From Epiperipatus broadwayi (Eukaryota > Animalia > Onychophora): a stretch of DNA of 64,000 nt. The notes under the pieces were generated by a model that was not told the origin of the DNA, ran no database searches, and worked only from the letters and a program-made list of their open reading frames with translations. Positions 12,700-26,877 of the stretch are shown in pieces. The stretch is taken from positions 1,426,001 through 1,490,000 of the forward strand of contig JAQFVV010000009.1 of assembly GCA_028023455.1 (NCBI GenBank), given 5' to 3'. The first letter of the stretch is position 1. Every line of letters starts with the position of its first letter. The translations under genes were made by a program, and so were the position numbers.

Positions 12700-14130
12700 T
12701 TTCCATTGTATTTTGTAACTATGACTATAGATGTAGCCCATTCAGCTATTTCTACAGGTGTCAATACGCTTTTATTGATCAATGACTGAATTTTTCCCTC
12801 TACCTTTGTTCTTTAAGTGAATGCTATCTTTCATGGTTTGCAAATTAAGGGACGTGCATTGTCAATTAGCTCAACCTCTATTGGGCTTCTAGCTATCATA
12901 CCTAACTCATCGGTAAATAGGTCTGGGTTTTTTTTTCTCTCTCTCTTTAGAGAGGAAATTTTTTTTATTACACTAACTTGAATTCCAATTGCTTTAAATC
13001 AGTTCCTGCCTATTATAGGGCTGAATCTCCTTTGTACTATGTATAGCGGCAATCTAATTATTTTATAGCAGTATCTAACTGATGTCTGTACTTACCCCGG
13101 TAAGGTTAATACATTGCCGCTTACATCACATGCTTTTACATTAGTTTTTTTCAAGTTTTAATCTAAACATTCGCTGCTGATAATGCTCTCCAGTTCATCT
13201 CTGATATTATAGATATCCCGAGCCACTATCTATTTCCATTTTCATAATTACTCCGCAAACTTTCAATACAATCATGAATTGTTGTTGCTCCTCCATACCC
13301 CTATTTTTAACAGTAAATTTATTATTGGGTTTACCTTCCCTAATCTTTTGGCTCCGCATTTTCTCTTTGCTACACACGCATGCAATGTGTCCCTTAAAAC
13401 CACCTTTAAAACATTTCTTTCCACTTGCACTCTTTTACTTTATGGTCATTTTTTCTACAGCAATAACATGCCCTTTTCATTCCCTTTTCAAATTTGGGTT
13501 TGCCACTTTCAGTTTTATTTTTAAAAGCTTGAGCTTGCTCACTTATTAGCTCATAAGCTATGCCTTTTTGATTAGCACTGTGGTATTTTAAATCAGTATC
13601 AATTAATAATTGTTCTCACAATCTATCATTGTGCATATCCCAGAGTAATTTATCAAGGAATATCTCTTCTATGCAATCCCCATACCAGCAATCCTTAGTT
13701 AGTTCTCTAAGAGCCGAATTATAATCTTTTATTGATTCCCCTTTAAACTGATTACTATTCCTCAGTTTTAAATTAGCTATATGACGGATGGCCAAGGACT
13801 AAAATATTCTGTTAGTTTTTTAGCTAGCTCATCATATTCTATACTATTAGTGGCAGGGGGATCATAAAACTTATTAACAATCTCTATAACTTTTTCCCCA
13901 GAAAAACACGAAAGTGCTGCAATTTTTTTTTATTGTGTTGAATAAGTAAAAAAGTTTTCTATCTGTGTTGCTTACAATGGCTATTCTACAGCATTCCCCT
14001 GCATCAAACATGCCTATGGCTGTTTGTCCAAATGATAACAATTAAATTGTTTACTATTATTATCCTTTCCTAAGCTAATTATTTCTCTAGCTATGTTCGA
14101 AATAACAACTGTGACAGGTTTTGCTATGTC
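12700..14130 (-). mobile_element. Decayed Gypsy gag-protease-RT relic (intronic, antisense)
   Basis: Minus-strand LRNSNQFKGESIKDYNSALRELTKDCWYGDCIEEIFLDKLLW (homologous to the Gag of the 8448 element), CYCCRKNDH knuckle, protease MEIDSGSGISII and RT start PIEVELIDNARP. Many stops; boundaries approximate. Confidence 0.8.
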
Positions 14131-14249
14131 TTAATTTTAACCTTTTCTTGAATAAGATTAGCAATATGATTTTAAATTTTCCCTTCTCAGTAAAGTAAAT
14201 AACCCTATTGCAGATCAATTTTCTAAACTAATTTTAATACAGAGCAATA

Positions 14250-16220
14250 TAATTCTAGTAAATACAATTTATTTAAACCACTTCGAACACTTTTTAGCAA
14301 AACCCTTTATTAATACATGTTCAGCAGTCTTCTTCAGAGCTATGATATAATGAACAAAATAAAATACATAACTAAATAAATAATCCTATAAAAACCTAAA
14401 AACAACATAAAATATATTTAAAAACCTAATAAAACTGAAATAAATAATCAAACCCAAATAAAATAATCCGGTTAATATAAAATAAAATATACAATATATT
14501 CAAGAATATACAGGGCTGCAATGTATTGTTCAAGGAAAGAAGACTATATTAAACAAAAAGATTTAATAATCAATGAGTTAAAAAAGAGTGGTTTTCTATA
14601 CATATAATTAAAAGAAGTATTGGAAAAATAGAATAAGATAAATAAAAATGAAAAGAGTGAAGGAAGAATGAAAGATGAAAATAGATATATAGGAATAAAA
14701 ACAAATAATATTATAGTGAATAAGTTTAATAAAATTATAAAGAAGATTAATAAAAATGCAAAATAATAATTACTATAAAAATAGTTAATAAAAAAGAAAA
14801 AACCTATTAAATTTGGTAAATAATAAATGCATAAGTTATAATAAAGATAATAAAGAAATAATGAAGTATATGTGATAAAATGTAAACAATGTCTAGATAG
14901 TGGGATTGATAACAAATATGTAAAAGAAACGAAAACTTCTATAAAAACAAGATTAAAACAACATATGTCAGATAATAAATCACTGATATATATACATATG
15001 AAGGAAACAGGACACAAAGTTCAATAAAAATGAGGTTACATACAGAAAATATTAAAGGAAGATAAAAGAAGTGATACTAATAAGAAAGATAAAACCAAAA
15101 TTTAATAGGGATTCTGGGATTAGGATGAGATTGGTATAGATATAGTTATTAAATAAGATATATAAAGAGAAATATATTAAGAGAAAATTGTTTATAAATG
15201 AATTAAGGGTTGTAAAAAAATGGTTAAGTTAAATAGAAGTATAAACATGAGTGCAGTTATAGATATTACATATTAGAAAAAAGCTTAGCATAATATTTGC
15301 ATATAAAGCAATATAATATAAATTAATAAGAGAATTATATAGCTATAATGAAAGTTAAAGTATATAAAATAAATATATATATATATAAATAAAGAGTTGT
15401 AGGGAATATATATATATTTAATTTATATAATATGTAATAGAGGGAGCAGGGGTATAAGATAATTTTTTGATAAAAAAACGTTTTTTTAAGAGATTAAAGT
15501 AAATTGGATAATTTCAAAGATTATAATGTTTATAGGTATTAGATATTAAAAAATAATGATAAATATAAAATATTATTTTTAACAGAAGAATGAGTAAGGG
15601 AATAATAGATATTATATGATTTAAAAGTTAAAAGAATATTAATAAATGAATTACTGTTGAACTGACAGTTATATGAACAAAAATTAAGTATTTTTTTTAT
15701 TGAGGTGGAGTTAATAACCATAAAGTTTAAGTTTATAAGGAATAGAAGTAATTAGGAGATTATTAAAAATAATAAAAATGAATATATTTGGATTAATAGT
15801 TGTTCTTGAATGTATATGTATACAATTAGGAATATGCATGCATACTTTATATTTATTTTCTATTTATATTGTATATTTTATTTTATATTAACTGGATTAT
15901 TTTATTTGGGTTTGATTATTTATTTCAGTTTTATTAGGTTTTTTATATATTTTATGTTGTTTTTAGTTTTTTATTGTTTACATTTTTATGGTATTATTTA
16001 TATTGTTATGTATTTCATTTTATTTTATTTTGTCATTATATCATAGCTCTGAAGAAGACTGCAGGACAGTTACAACATAGATATATGTATATATATATAC
16101 AAATAAAGGGTTTTGCTAAAAATTGTTCAAAGTGGTTTAGATAAATTGTATTTATATAACATATTACAACATAATAAAGAAAAGAGTGATTTTGGTAATA
16201 TTTCCGAATAATTCTAGTAA
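14250..16220 (+). mobile_element. Penelope-like element relic with inverted pLTRs
   Basis: GIY-YIG remnant at ~14860-15140 (VYVIKCKQC...YVKETKTSIKTRLKQH...RKIKEVILIRKIKPKFNRDSG). ~14250-14500 is inverted at ~15850-16160. Decayed hammerhead ctgaagaagactgcaggacagtt at 16049-16071. Confidence 0.75.
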
Positions 16221-18479
16221 TATAGATACACATATAGTTATACGCTAAACATAGATTACAATATGAATACATATAAATTCAATTCCACTCGAGGCAGTTC
16301 CTTTGACACTTTCTGGTAAATATTAGCCCTCTGCTTAATCATATACTTAATTAAAGTCATTATTTACCTAATTTTCTGACAAATGTCTTTATTTCTGTGG
16401 GTCCTTGAGTCGCATATAAATTATAATAAGATTGGAGTGATCTATTTGGTCCCTAGTCAGCTTGAGTACCTTTAGGAGCAGAGATCCTGGATCTGGAAAC
16501 AAATCCCCATTCTATTCTTCCACTGTTTCACATCATTGTGCAACCTAGTTGTACGAACACACATGTGAGGGAGAAAAAAGACCTTGCTTTTCTTTTTCTC
16601 CTGCTTAAATAGGTTTTTTTTCTTTTTTGTTTTTTTTGTTTTTCTATTTGTTTTATCTTTATTCATATGGAAGGTTTTTTTATTAGCTATTAAAGTTTTT
16701 TTAAAACATTATATCCTTCTAGAATTCAATTATTATTTAGTCATTGCCAATTGAATTCCTATGTTCTATCTCATTATTATTTTAATTTATTTCTGCTTTA
16801 TTATGTAATTAGTTTTACACAATAGTTTTAGTAGTAGTAAATGTTAGTATTAATTTAACATACATTTTAATGTTAATCAATAGATATTCCAAAAGATAAG
16901 AAACTTCAGATATAGATTTGATTTTTTGATAGTCTTTCCAGAACAGGTAAGAGCAACTACGTTTTTGTTGAATATTGTCAAAGTGATTATTAAGCAAACT
17001 GTAAAGATTCCATCACAACTTATCAGTGGCAAAAGATTGAGGCATTGGCAATAGAGAGAAAAATAAGAAATTTATCATCGAAAGACAAATTTAAAAGACA
17101 TAGCTTTTTAAATCTTGTCAGAGATTAAATTCCCTTCATCAAAATTTTATGATTACATTTAACTACAAATTAAAAATTTCAAAGATGTTATCTAACTTTT
17201 AATTTTCTGCTGTTTGTTGCTGTTTTTATTATTATAGCTTTCAATGCAAAAGAATATTCTGCAATAACTGGTAACATATTGTATAAATTTTATATTTTGA
17301 AATGCTATTCCTCAAGGAAAGTAGCATTTCAAATTACTGAAAATCATTGACACATTTCTGAATAACTAATTCTTTCTGTTTATTTGTTGTAGAGAGATCT
17401 AACATAGAATTTTATTAATTAATCATTAATTTGATTTCAATTGTATAATACAAATAATCATCTCCCTATGTACATAATCCACTATTTTTCTTTTTTTTCT
17501 GATAATAATAATACTGCAACCTTATTTTTTTTTTGTATATTATTCTATTTGACTTAATGTCATGCATGTTTTGTGCTAAATCTTTTTTTTCTGTTTATAA
17601 TATGCTTTCTGACATCTTTATACTTAACGATAAAATTCTTGAATTTTTCCATTAAAACTTTAGAAAAAAAAAAGTCAATATAACCTTTGTTTTTCAAATT
17701 GTCAAATTTTCACATTAGTTCCAAATTGTAAATTCAATTAATAAACCCTTGCTTTTAATACAGTTTTTGTATTTGTATATATATTAAATTCAATTGAACA
17801 TAACTCCAACACTTTTCTAATGCTGAATATGTTAAGTGCTTTGTATTTTATTTTATTGAAATATTTTCAACTATATCTATCAGTCATCATCACATTACAA
17901 ATACAGAATTATATGTTTATTTATATAGAATATATGGATATAAATAATACACAATCAGCAGCCACATTTAAACAAATACAATCATTCTAACTCCAGAAGA
18001 AAAAAATAAATCTACAACAGATATGGAAATAAATAAACATTAGAACTACTATATACATGATGAAATTAAATATGTAGATAATAGATAGATGAGTGGATTG
18101 AATGCTTGCTCAGGCTACCGATGGTCTCCATAGGTCAGGTAGATAATGGAAGAGCCTTTTAGATGTAAAGGCCAATTGTGAATAACAAATAAACAGTACC
18201 TGGCCAAGAGCTCATGCTGCATTGTAGGATATGCTATTGATTCATCAAAAGTGTTAGATACTGTTTCCAATGTAAAGAGTTTTTTTTATCTCCTCTTTTT
18301 CTTCTTCAATCATTTAAGTTATTGCTAGACCTAGTAGTCATGATTCTCTCATACCATCGAACATTTCTTTATAATACCTGTGACAATGAGATTGTGTGTT
18401 TGTGTAAAACCTTTATCTATCTATCTATATATATATATAGCATTTCTGACTTTAATTCCTTTTCTAATATTGTTTTTTA

Positions 18480-19850
18480 ACTCAAGTCCTCAAAAAATCA
18501 TAAAGCAATGATGAGGACAAGGTTAGTAGGCTGAATGTTTTTATTTGTATTCATGGAGCAGTAATCACTAATGAATAATAAATCTGTTTGGAAATGGAAT
18601 TCAATGAGATTGATGTAGCTGCTCTTAATGAAACTCATCTTTTAAAGGAAAGAATAATAGAACATGAGATCAGTCAATAAAAGGAAAATGCATAGTTTTC
18701 AATTTGCTGGAAAGCTTAATTTAGTATCTTCTATTGTTGAAATTTTTCATTGTATCATTGAAAGATTAATGGTGTAAAAAAATTAACTTGTGCAATGGTA
18801 CTAGTGCTCATTTTATTAGTGCCTATGGTCTAGCCTTAGATTCAGAGAAGAAAAGCTTCTATTCCTTTTTGAATAGCATTATTTCAGCAATACCATTAAG
18901 AGATCAATTTTCTTTTTGCTGACGATTTTAATGCATCTATTAATACAAATAAATATACTTTGATCAAAAGTTATTGGAAATAATGGTATTGTTGCTGTAA
19001 ATTAAAATGGTTGTTATTGAATTTATGCACTTCACATGGTTGGCTATCCCAAATATTTTGTTGAGGAAGAAAAACTGGTATAGAAATGTACAGATGCATC
19101 CACACTGAAAACAATGGCATTTAATAGTCAGAACATAAGAAAAGTTTATATTACATGAGCATTTACAACTGAAAATTGTTGGACATTTCATAGATTAGTT
19201 CACTTTAAGATTAAAATAATAATTACATTAAAAAATAAATATTATTTCAATCACCCTTCATAAGAAAATTTATGTTTGTTCTTTGGAAGACTACGTAATA
19301 AATTTCAACAACACTAAAATTATTAATTTGAATCTTCAAGTCTGTCATGTTAGTGAAGCTTGGAATTCTCTTAAGGAGTGTGTTACAGATGACTGGTTTG
19401 ATTTTATTATTAGTGATTTGATTAAAAGAAAGCATGTGACATTTTTCTGCTTGACATAGTAATAGATTAAATTTGGTATGTTATAATAAATATAAAGAGC
19501 CAAAGGCAGAAGTTCAATGATGGACAAGAAAGCTTATAAATAATAGATTAAATTTGATGTAATAAATATAAAGATCTGAAAGCAGAAGTTCAGTGACTGA
19601 TAAGATGGCTTTAAAATGATTGGTGGATAAAAACTGTTAAGAAGATAAAGATATTTGCTGATCATGGTTGTTCCAAGATTTTTTTTGATACATTGAAAGC
19701 AATATATGGCCTGAGAAATTGTATCACAATGATATTTTGAATGGGTGGTATGAGTATTTGATCATCTTTTGAATATTGATACAAGAATTGAATAATAACT
19801 TTTCTTGATATATCCATTTTACCTACTCATTTAAAATTGGACAAAAATAT
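18480..19850 (+). mobile_element. Heavily decayed RTE (BovB-like) LINE fragment
   Basis: Fragmentary endonuclease and linker motifs: VAALNET, DDFNAS, MHPH*KQWHLI, FAD...FFDTLKAIYG. Multiple frameshifts. Confidence 0.65.
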
Positions 19851-20049
19851 CTAGCTTAATATGTCTATGAAAAATATTATATAGGCTACGAAATATGCCC
19901 TCTGCAGACCTCCGGATAAAAGCACATACAACTTACATTAGTGAAATAAACTATATAGATGTTGAAGTTCAAAATAGTTAATAATAAAATTATAACAGAA
20001 TAGACTAAAATGAATATGATCTATAACTTGATAATTAACTGGTTAAAAA

Positions 20050-21420
20050 ATAGATGGTCAATGAAACGACTAAATCATGTTACACCAGCAATATGGAATG
20101 CTCAAAAAAGTTTGTCGATATGTCAAGAATGCATATTAATGACAGATCGAGTAATGATTTCACCTGAAGGAAGGAAATGTGTTTACAGTTATTACACCAA
20201 GGTTACCCTGGGATAATAAGAATGAAGGAATTAGAACATAGGTGATCAATGATATGACCAAATCATGTAGCACCAGCAATATGGAATGCTCGAAAAAGTT
20301 TGTTAATGTACCATAGACCGAGTAATGATCCCACCCAAGGTAAGGAAAGGTATTTTACTGTTATTAAACCAAGGACACCCCAGGATAATAAGAATGAAGG
20401 AATTAACAGAGTGTTAAAAAATATCAAAATGCCAAGAAACAATGAGTTTGCTGGCTAAAAAAATTTCAATCTTGGCCTGGGGCTATGAGAAGATGAGAAA
20501 GAGTTTAATTAGTCCATGCTGGGCCATTCCATGGACATCATTTTTTTTAATAGCTGTAGTTGCATATTGAAAATGAAGAGAATATCACTTAGTAAAGGAT
20601 ACCAGTACAGAGAGTTTAGTAAAAATCTCAAACTTTTTTCTACACATGTATCCTGACTCAATTGTAATAGACAATGACATGGAATTCAGTTCAAAGAAAT
20701 TAAAGGACTTCCTTACTCAGAAGTGGGATACAGCATCTACTTACTCCACCATGTTACCCTCAATCAAATGGTATTGCAAAAAAAGCAGTTCAACAGTTGA
20801 AAAGCATTCTAAATAAAAGGTAGAATGCTGATACTCATGAAGCACTAAAATTCTGTTAGAAGAAAAACAGTCATGGAATTAACTAATGAAACATTATATA
20901 ATGATGCATTTATCTGTTTAAATGCTGGATAAAGTCAAAAGGAGAAACAAAATTAGAAAACTTCAAGTTTAATTTAAAACAGACACCTTGGATAAAGGAT
21001 ACATTTAAGAAAAAGTGGTTACTGAGAGAAGCAAAATAGTGTCTGCACAATATGGCATATAAATCATATTACAAAACATCAAATTGAAATGCTAGAAGAT
21101 ACAACTATTACTCTGAGAGTGGATAAGGATGTTAAGACTGATGCTTCTACAAATATGGATATGGAGGTAGAAGAAAAATTTTCAAAAAAAGAAATTAAAA
21201 GATAAAGCTCTAGCCTAGGTCTACAGGAACTAACTACTTCTTCAAAGAGTGAAGTAACTATTGAAGAGGAGAGACCCACACCACCATCGAGAAGAACTAT
21301 TCTATAATTAAAAAAAACAATAAAGTTGCAAGATTTTATTTGCGATTAGAAGTCTATATATTTTTAGAGTGAAGTGGTGGGGGTGTTGTTGTATGTTGAT
21401 TAGTTATGCATTTATTAATA
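20050..21420 (+). mobile_element. Decayed Gypsy integrase region with PPT and LTR start
   Basis: DRVMISPEGRK...LLHQGYPGIIRMKEL present twice in tandem, HAGPFHGHH, PDSIVIDN, CYPQSNGIAKKAVQQLKS. Purine tract at ~21365-21385 followed by tgttgt. Confidence 0.8.
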
Positions 21421-22072
21421 AAGTTATATATATATTGTAATGGAATGGGTCTTGACCTTGCATAGCAGTAGACTTGGTAGGCCATCAGAATGGGTGAGGA
21501 AGTGTATCTAGGATTCTTAAATTTATAGACTCATATCCACACCGATCTCACTCCTGGAAATGACATATTAGCACACTAACATACATCAAAAATCTGCATG
21601 ACTCATCTCTTTTCTCCATCCTTAATTTGCATTTATCCCAGGATTTGAGCTTAGGGAGAATACACATAATATTCTACTTCAGGGAATATTCATATTACTA
21701 CCTTTATTGTGTGAGCATGTGATAAAAGAAAAATACAAACTACAGTCTTTAATTTGAAATCATATGTTTAACAAATTTATTCATAATTATTACAATTTAT
21801 ACAATTAGAGATTATAATAAAAGAGTTGTTTTTTATTCTATCATGTCAGCTACATGATGGCGCTATTTCTAGGTCAATTCCTAGAAATATACCGTTTCAG
21901 TGGCCTACACCCAACCTAAGAGGCTTCTTTCTATGATAAAACACAGAAAGAGTCCCGCGCTGGTTAGCCACTCTGGCTTTTTTCTATGCTAAAAGCCCAG
22001 ACAAATGCCTTATTGGCTACTGTAGTTGGTTGTGTTATTAACTTTCGCGAGAATTCGTCTGTGACAAGTTAC

Positions 22073-23100
22073 TTTTATATATATATGCACAAACAAAAAC
22101 AACCCAGTGTCTGATTATTAATTATTATCCAAAAAAAAAAAAAAGAAATGAGTCGGGTATTATTTTTACATTTACTATTTAAATAAGATTAGTTTTTATA
22201 TCTACACACGAACAAAAACAATCCAGTTTCTGATTAATTACTGTCAAAAAAAAGAAAAGCAAATTAGTCTGGTTTGAACTTTTTAAATGTAGTATTTGAA
22301 TTACGGTAGTTTTTATATATACACAGTAACAAAAAGAACCCACTTTCTGATTAATTACTGTCCAAAAAAACACAAATTAGTCGGTATCATTTTTCAATTG
22401 AGTATTTCAATGACGGTCTTTTTTATATATATACACTAACAAAAAGAACCCACTTTCTGATTAATTACTGTCCAAAAAAAATGCAAATTAGTTGGGTATC
22501 ATTTGAAAATTTAGTGTGAATTTTTAAATGTTGTGGGTAAATTGAATAATGTAGAATTGCGTATTATTTTCTATTAAAAAAAAACCGTAACTTTATATAT
22601 ACACACAAAGAAAATAAAACTCACTTTTTGATTAATTACTGTCAATACCAAAAAAAAAAAGTTATTCGGGTATCATTTTTAAATTTAGTATTTAAATAAT
22701 ATTACTTTTGATATCTACACACTAACAAAAACCATCCACTTTCTGATTCATTACTGTCCAAAAAAATGCAAAATACTCGAGTATCATTTTTAAATGTAGT
22801 ATTTAAAGAACGGTACTTTTTATATATGCACACTAACAAAAAGAACCCACTTTCTGATTAATTACTGTCAAAAAAAAAAAGCAAATTACTCTAGTATCAT
22901 TTTTAAATTTAGTGTGAATATAGAAATTTTGTGAAAATTCAAAAATGTGTAATTGCGTATTATTTTCTATTTAAAAAATACCGTAACTTTTTATAGATAC
23001 ACACAAACAAAAACAACCCACTTTATGATTAATTATTGTCCAAAAACCGTAAATTATTCGGGTATCATTTTTAAATTTAATGTGAATTTCTAAATTTTGT
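22073..23100. repeat. Tandem array of 8 units (~110-120 bp; units 4 and 7 ~170 bp)
   Basis: Recurrent core acacactaacaaaaagaacccactttctgattaattactgtcc(a)n...gggtatcatttttaaa at ~22073, 22192, 22309, 22418, 22591, 22706, 22817 and 22988. Confidence 0.9.
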
Positions 23101-25849
23101 TTTTTAAATAGTAATATTATTTACTATTAGTTCCTCTAATTTCCTATTACAAAACTAAAGCCGATATTTATATAAAATCATAAGCCCAGGCCGGAATCGT
23201 AATATGTATGTGTTTTTGATTAGCATCAATATCAATACTAACAAAAAAAAAAATTCAAATTTGTTATTATTTATATATACACTTGCTTGCTAATTTAGTC
23301 TTTCATAAAATCTTCAATATGTTTATTAATTGGTTCATATTTGTCTCTGTGTTATATGTTCTTGTATATATTTTAAATTTTTTAAAAAGTTATGACCAAA
23401 TGGAATGGATTAGGATTGATTCTTTCTCTATGAGTAGATTTTTCTTGAAATCTTGATACTATTTTAGATTTGTGAAAATAAACAGTATAATAGTCTCTGT
23501 TTCACTTAATCCATAATTAGGTTTGAAGAAAATAACCTGGCAGATTTTGATGCTACAATGGTATTCACAATTGCATGTTCAATGCCATTGATTTTTTTGG
23601 TGCTATATTGTCTAGTATATTACCACATTTTTGAAATAGAACCTATATGAAACACTAAACATCACATGATCACCATCTTTTTAAGAACTTTTATAATTGA
23701 CTGAAAGTCTTGTTTTTTGTTTTTTTTTAAAAAAAAAAATACTGTTTTCTTAAAAAAAAAAAAAAAAAGGTAGAAAATAACTGATATTTCAATATTTTTG
23801 TATACATACCTTTTTTAGAACCTAAATAAATTTAGAAAGTTCTCACTGTAAATTGTAGGAATATTATTTGTTTAGTTCTTTGTTTGTTTGTTTGTTTCAT
23901 CTTCAAAAGTCATTGGATGAAGGCCATAAAAACCAATAATTGATAAAAATAAATGAAAATAATTTTTAAAGATCATACTAAAAGAAAATGATAAAAATCT
24001 CAAAGTTTATTTAAGCTTAGCTCAGAAGAAGATATGTATATACAATAAAGTAGTTATTTTCTGAATTTTTCATGTTTATAATTAGCTATGTAAATCAGTT
24101 GTACATTTGTGTTCAAAACATATAATGGAAAAATGGGTACAGCTAGAACTTTTTTTTTTTCAATAAGATTTGTGTATGAAGAAGTATTAAACAAAATAGT
24201 TTTGGACCATTTACATACACATACACTCACAGACTTACTGATGTAAATTACTTCTTAAAAATATATGTAAATGTTAATTATTATTTTTTTTTTTACAATG
24301 AATTTTTTTCATTTAAGCACATGTTGGCTAATTGAAGAATAGCATAAACAAAATAAAAAAATTATATAGATGAACAGCAGTTTGTGTCATATTTTGTAAA
24401 AAAAAAAAATATTGCTTTAGTAACTGTTTGTTGTATAAGTTATAAAACTATGTTTTGTAACTCCAGAAAAAATAGAAAAGATAATAAACTTAAATATAGA
24501 AACATATTGTAAGTTTAAAAGCAATAAAAAAAGATTGTTGAGTGATAAAGGAAACTTAAATATAGATAGATATTGTAAGTTTAAAAGCAATGACAAAAGA
24601 TTGCTGAAAGATAAAATGAAATGTGAATTATTAATGCCGGAAAGGTTTAATGGATTTAAATATAGAAAGTATTGTTATTGTTTAGATTCGAACATTAAAC
24701 TATTAAAACTAAGCAAACAAAAAAATAAATATTTGAACAACTAATTGCAGAGGAAAGGAATGTGCACGTACGTAATTAAACACCTGATGATAATCGGTGA
24801 AAGAACATATTAGCCGGATGGATATTGCTATTACCCTATTGTAATAATTAGTCTAATGGATATTGCTGTTATGCTATTGTAATAATTAATAATAATAATA
24901 ACAGATATTAAGCTGTGAAAAAAGTATAAATAGTGTAGGCTGAAAAGAGCAAGAATCTTTTCAGCTTTTCCTTACTCTTCATGTAATGGTGCTGTTGTTG
25001 TTTCATGGGATGTCATGAGAAAAAAACCCAGAGAAAAGCTGTGGGAAAAGTGTACCAACTTTTCTGCCATTAGGGACATCTTCCCGGAGTCCGAGACTCT
25101 GCAGTTTCAAACAACCAGATAGGAAACTTAAACAGACTGCACTGGTCTTATTTTATTTGTGTACGCCTGATAAGGCTTCATTAGGATTGTGAAGCAAGGA
25201 CTGTGAGCATAAAGCTTTTAATTATTCACTAAGATCTGCCATTAGTAGAGTGGAGGTGTTAGCTTAATATTTTGGGAATTATTGAAATAGAACTTAAAAT
25301 TAAAAACTAAATTGATTATGTTCGGAAATGTTGAATTAGGACTGAGATATAAGTGTACAGACTTATTTGTTAATATGTTTGGTCAATGTTTCCTATAAAT
25401 CACTGTAATCCAAACATAAGGGGGGGGGGGGCAAAAGAATAAAGTGGGATATAGGCTGCAAATCTGGAACCGGGACTGAAGCTGATTTGGTCAACAATGT
25501 GTATATAATGTGTTATGTATACAATTTGTAAATAAATATCTGTTAATCTTTATTTAATGATGTTTTTCTTTAGTCAATAAGTTTTGTTAATTATTGGCAT
25601 TCAGCATTGTAGTTGAATACACAACAATTTGCGTTTTTTTACTGTTATTATAATTTAAAATTTATATAGTGGTGTATGTGTGTAGCTGTGTACAGACACT
25701 TTTTTTAAGTGATGGCAGTGGTTCCATGAAGCAGTTTATAGCTGGTTTCATATATCAAGCATCAAGATATAATTTAAATATAATGATTGAGATTTTAATT
25801 TGAATCAAAAGCAAAACAAGATATTTATCTTTTTGCTTCCTTTATTTAT

Positions 25850-26180
25850 TGTATGTTGATGATAATGCAACTCTTTTCAATTAGTTGTTCTAAGGATGGT
25901 TCAACAATTAATGCTCAATAATGAAAGGAAAATCTTCAATCTTTGATTTGAAAGGTTATCAATTTAGAAATGTGAATCAGTTTAAATATCTTGGTAGCTT
26001 TATGGATATAAAAGTAGATTTAGATGACGATACACAACACAATCTCCATTTATTATATGGAAAGAAGTCCTGAATATGTTATTAATATAATATATGACCC
26101 TGGTAAAAAAATTAATTTAAAGATGTTTTGTAATATTTTAAGCATGATCATAACCCTTCATTATATTTTCCGGTTTCTGG
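25850..26180 (+). mobile_element. Decayed non-LTR reverse transcriptase fragment
   Basis: YVDDNA-like motif followed by NVNQFKYLGSFMD; frameshifted. Confidence 0.55.
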
Positions 26181-26741
26181 ATATGTTGATCTTGAATCTG
26201 TAATTGTAGAAATATATTTTTATTGGATTAGGCATATAAATAAATAAAGATTAACAGATATCCTACAAAATATTTTATAGATAACATAAGCATGATTTTC
26301 ACAGGAGAGATAGACTTTATTTTTATTGATTTCAAAAACTCTTTAAAGATGTGCAATATTGATTCATGGATTGAATTGTATATTCATACTAGAACTTATC
26401 TTAAATTTTTACTCTTTTTTTATGGCATTAGAATGATCATGTTATTTATAAGCAATACTGCTAATGATAATGATGGTGAAGCTTTGCTATCATATCAGTG
26501 CATGATATTCATTATTTAGAGTAATGCTTTAAATAATTTAATTTATGATTAAGCAATAATTGAATGATTAGTTTCTCACATGAGATACTCAAGGATTGAT
26601 CCAGAAATCCATTGTGCCATACATTTTAAATCACCTGATGTAAGATATGGCTATACTTAAACATAATAATTTAATAACACTTTACATTAATTTTTATGTT
26701 TTTATCAATATTTTATTTTATTTTATTTTAATTTTTCAAAG

Positions 26742-26877
26742 CATCATTTACAATCATCTCTGCAAAAGCTGTTTCTAGTATGATTCAACTTACATTTGAA
26801 GGGCTCAACCAATTCAATGAACCAGTTTTATACATTATGATTCTAGTCATGATTGTCACAATTATCTTACAGATTAA
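26742..26877 (+). CDS. NIPAL2: NIPA-like magnesium transporter (NIPAL2/3-like), coding exon
   Basis: ttttcaaag acceptor, GTAAGT donor. (T)SFTIISAKAVSSMIQLTFEGLNQFNEPVLYIMILVMIVTIILQI, phase 1/2; matches the NIPAL SLTVISVKAV motif. Confidence 0.92.

Noticed and set aside
14544-16046. Hydrophobic ORFs resembling membrane proteins (14544-15017, 15810-16046; also 11363-11548)
   Set aside because: Expected from T-rich low-complexity DNA; the first two lie within the PLE relic.
18080-18300. Decayed HDV-like fold upstream of the RTE-BovB relic
   Set aside because: Only a loose P1-like pairing; P2, P3 and J4/2 could not be assigned.
22073-23100. Regularly spaced repeats as a CRISPR-like array
   Set aside because: Whole units are homologous, so there are no unique spacers; the context is a eukaryotic intron with no cas genes.
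23650-23710. Short match to the family B unit (taaacatcacatgatcacc)
   Set aside because: Only ~20 bp align and no ribozyme motif is present.
24784-24810. CUGAUGA followed by GAAA as a hammerhead (also CUGAUGA at 58760)
   Set aside because: No convincing stems I-III; the 58760 site has no GAAA partner.
24380-25624. Solo-LTR-like segments (also ~21436-21665, ~30040-30930, ~57391-57750, ~58362-58850)
   Set aside because: LTR-like composition, but no partner LTR or clear TSD in the window, so boundaries and identity are unsupported.
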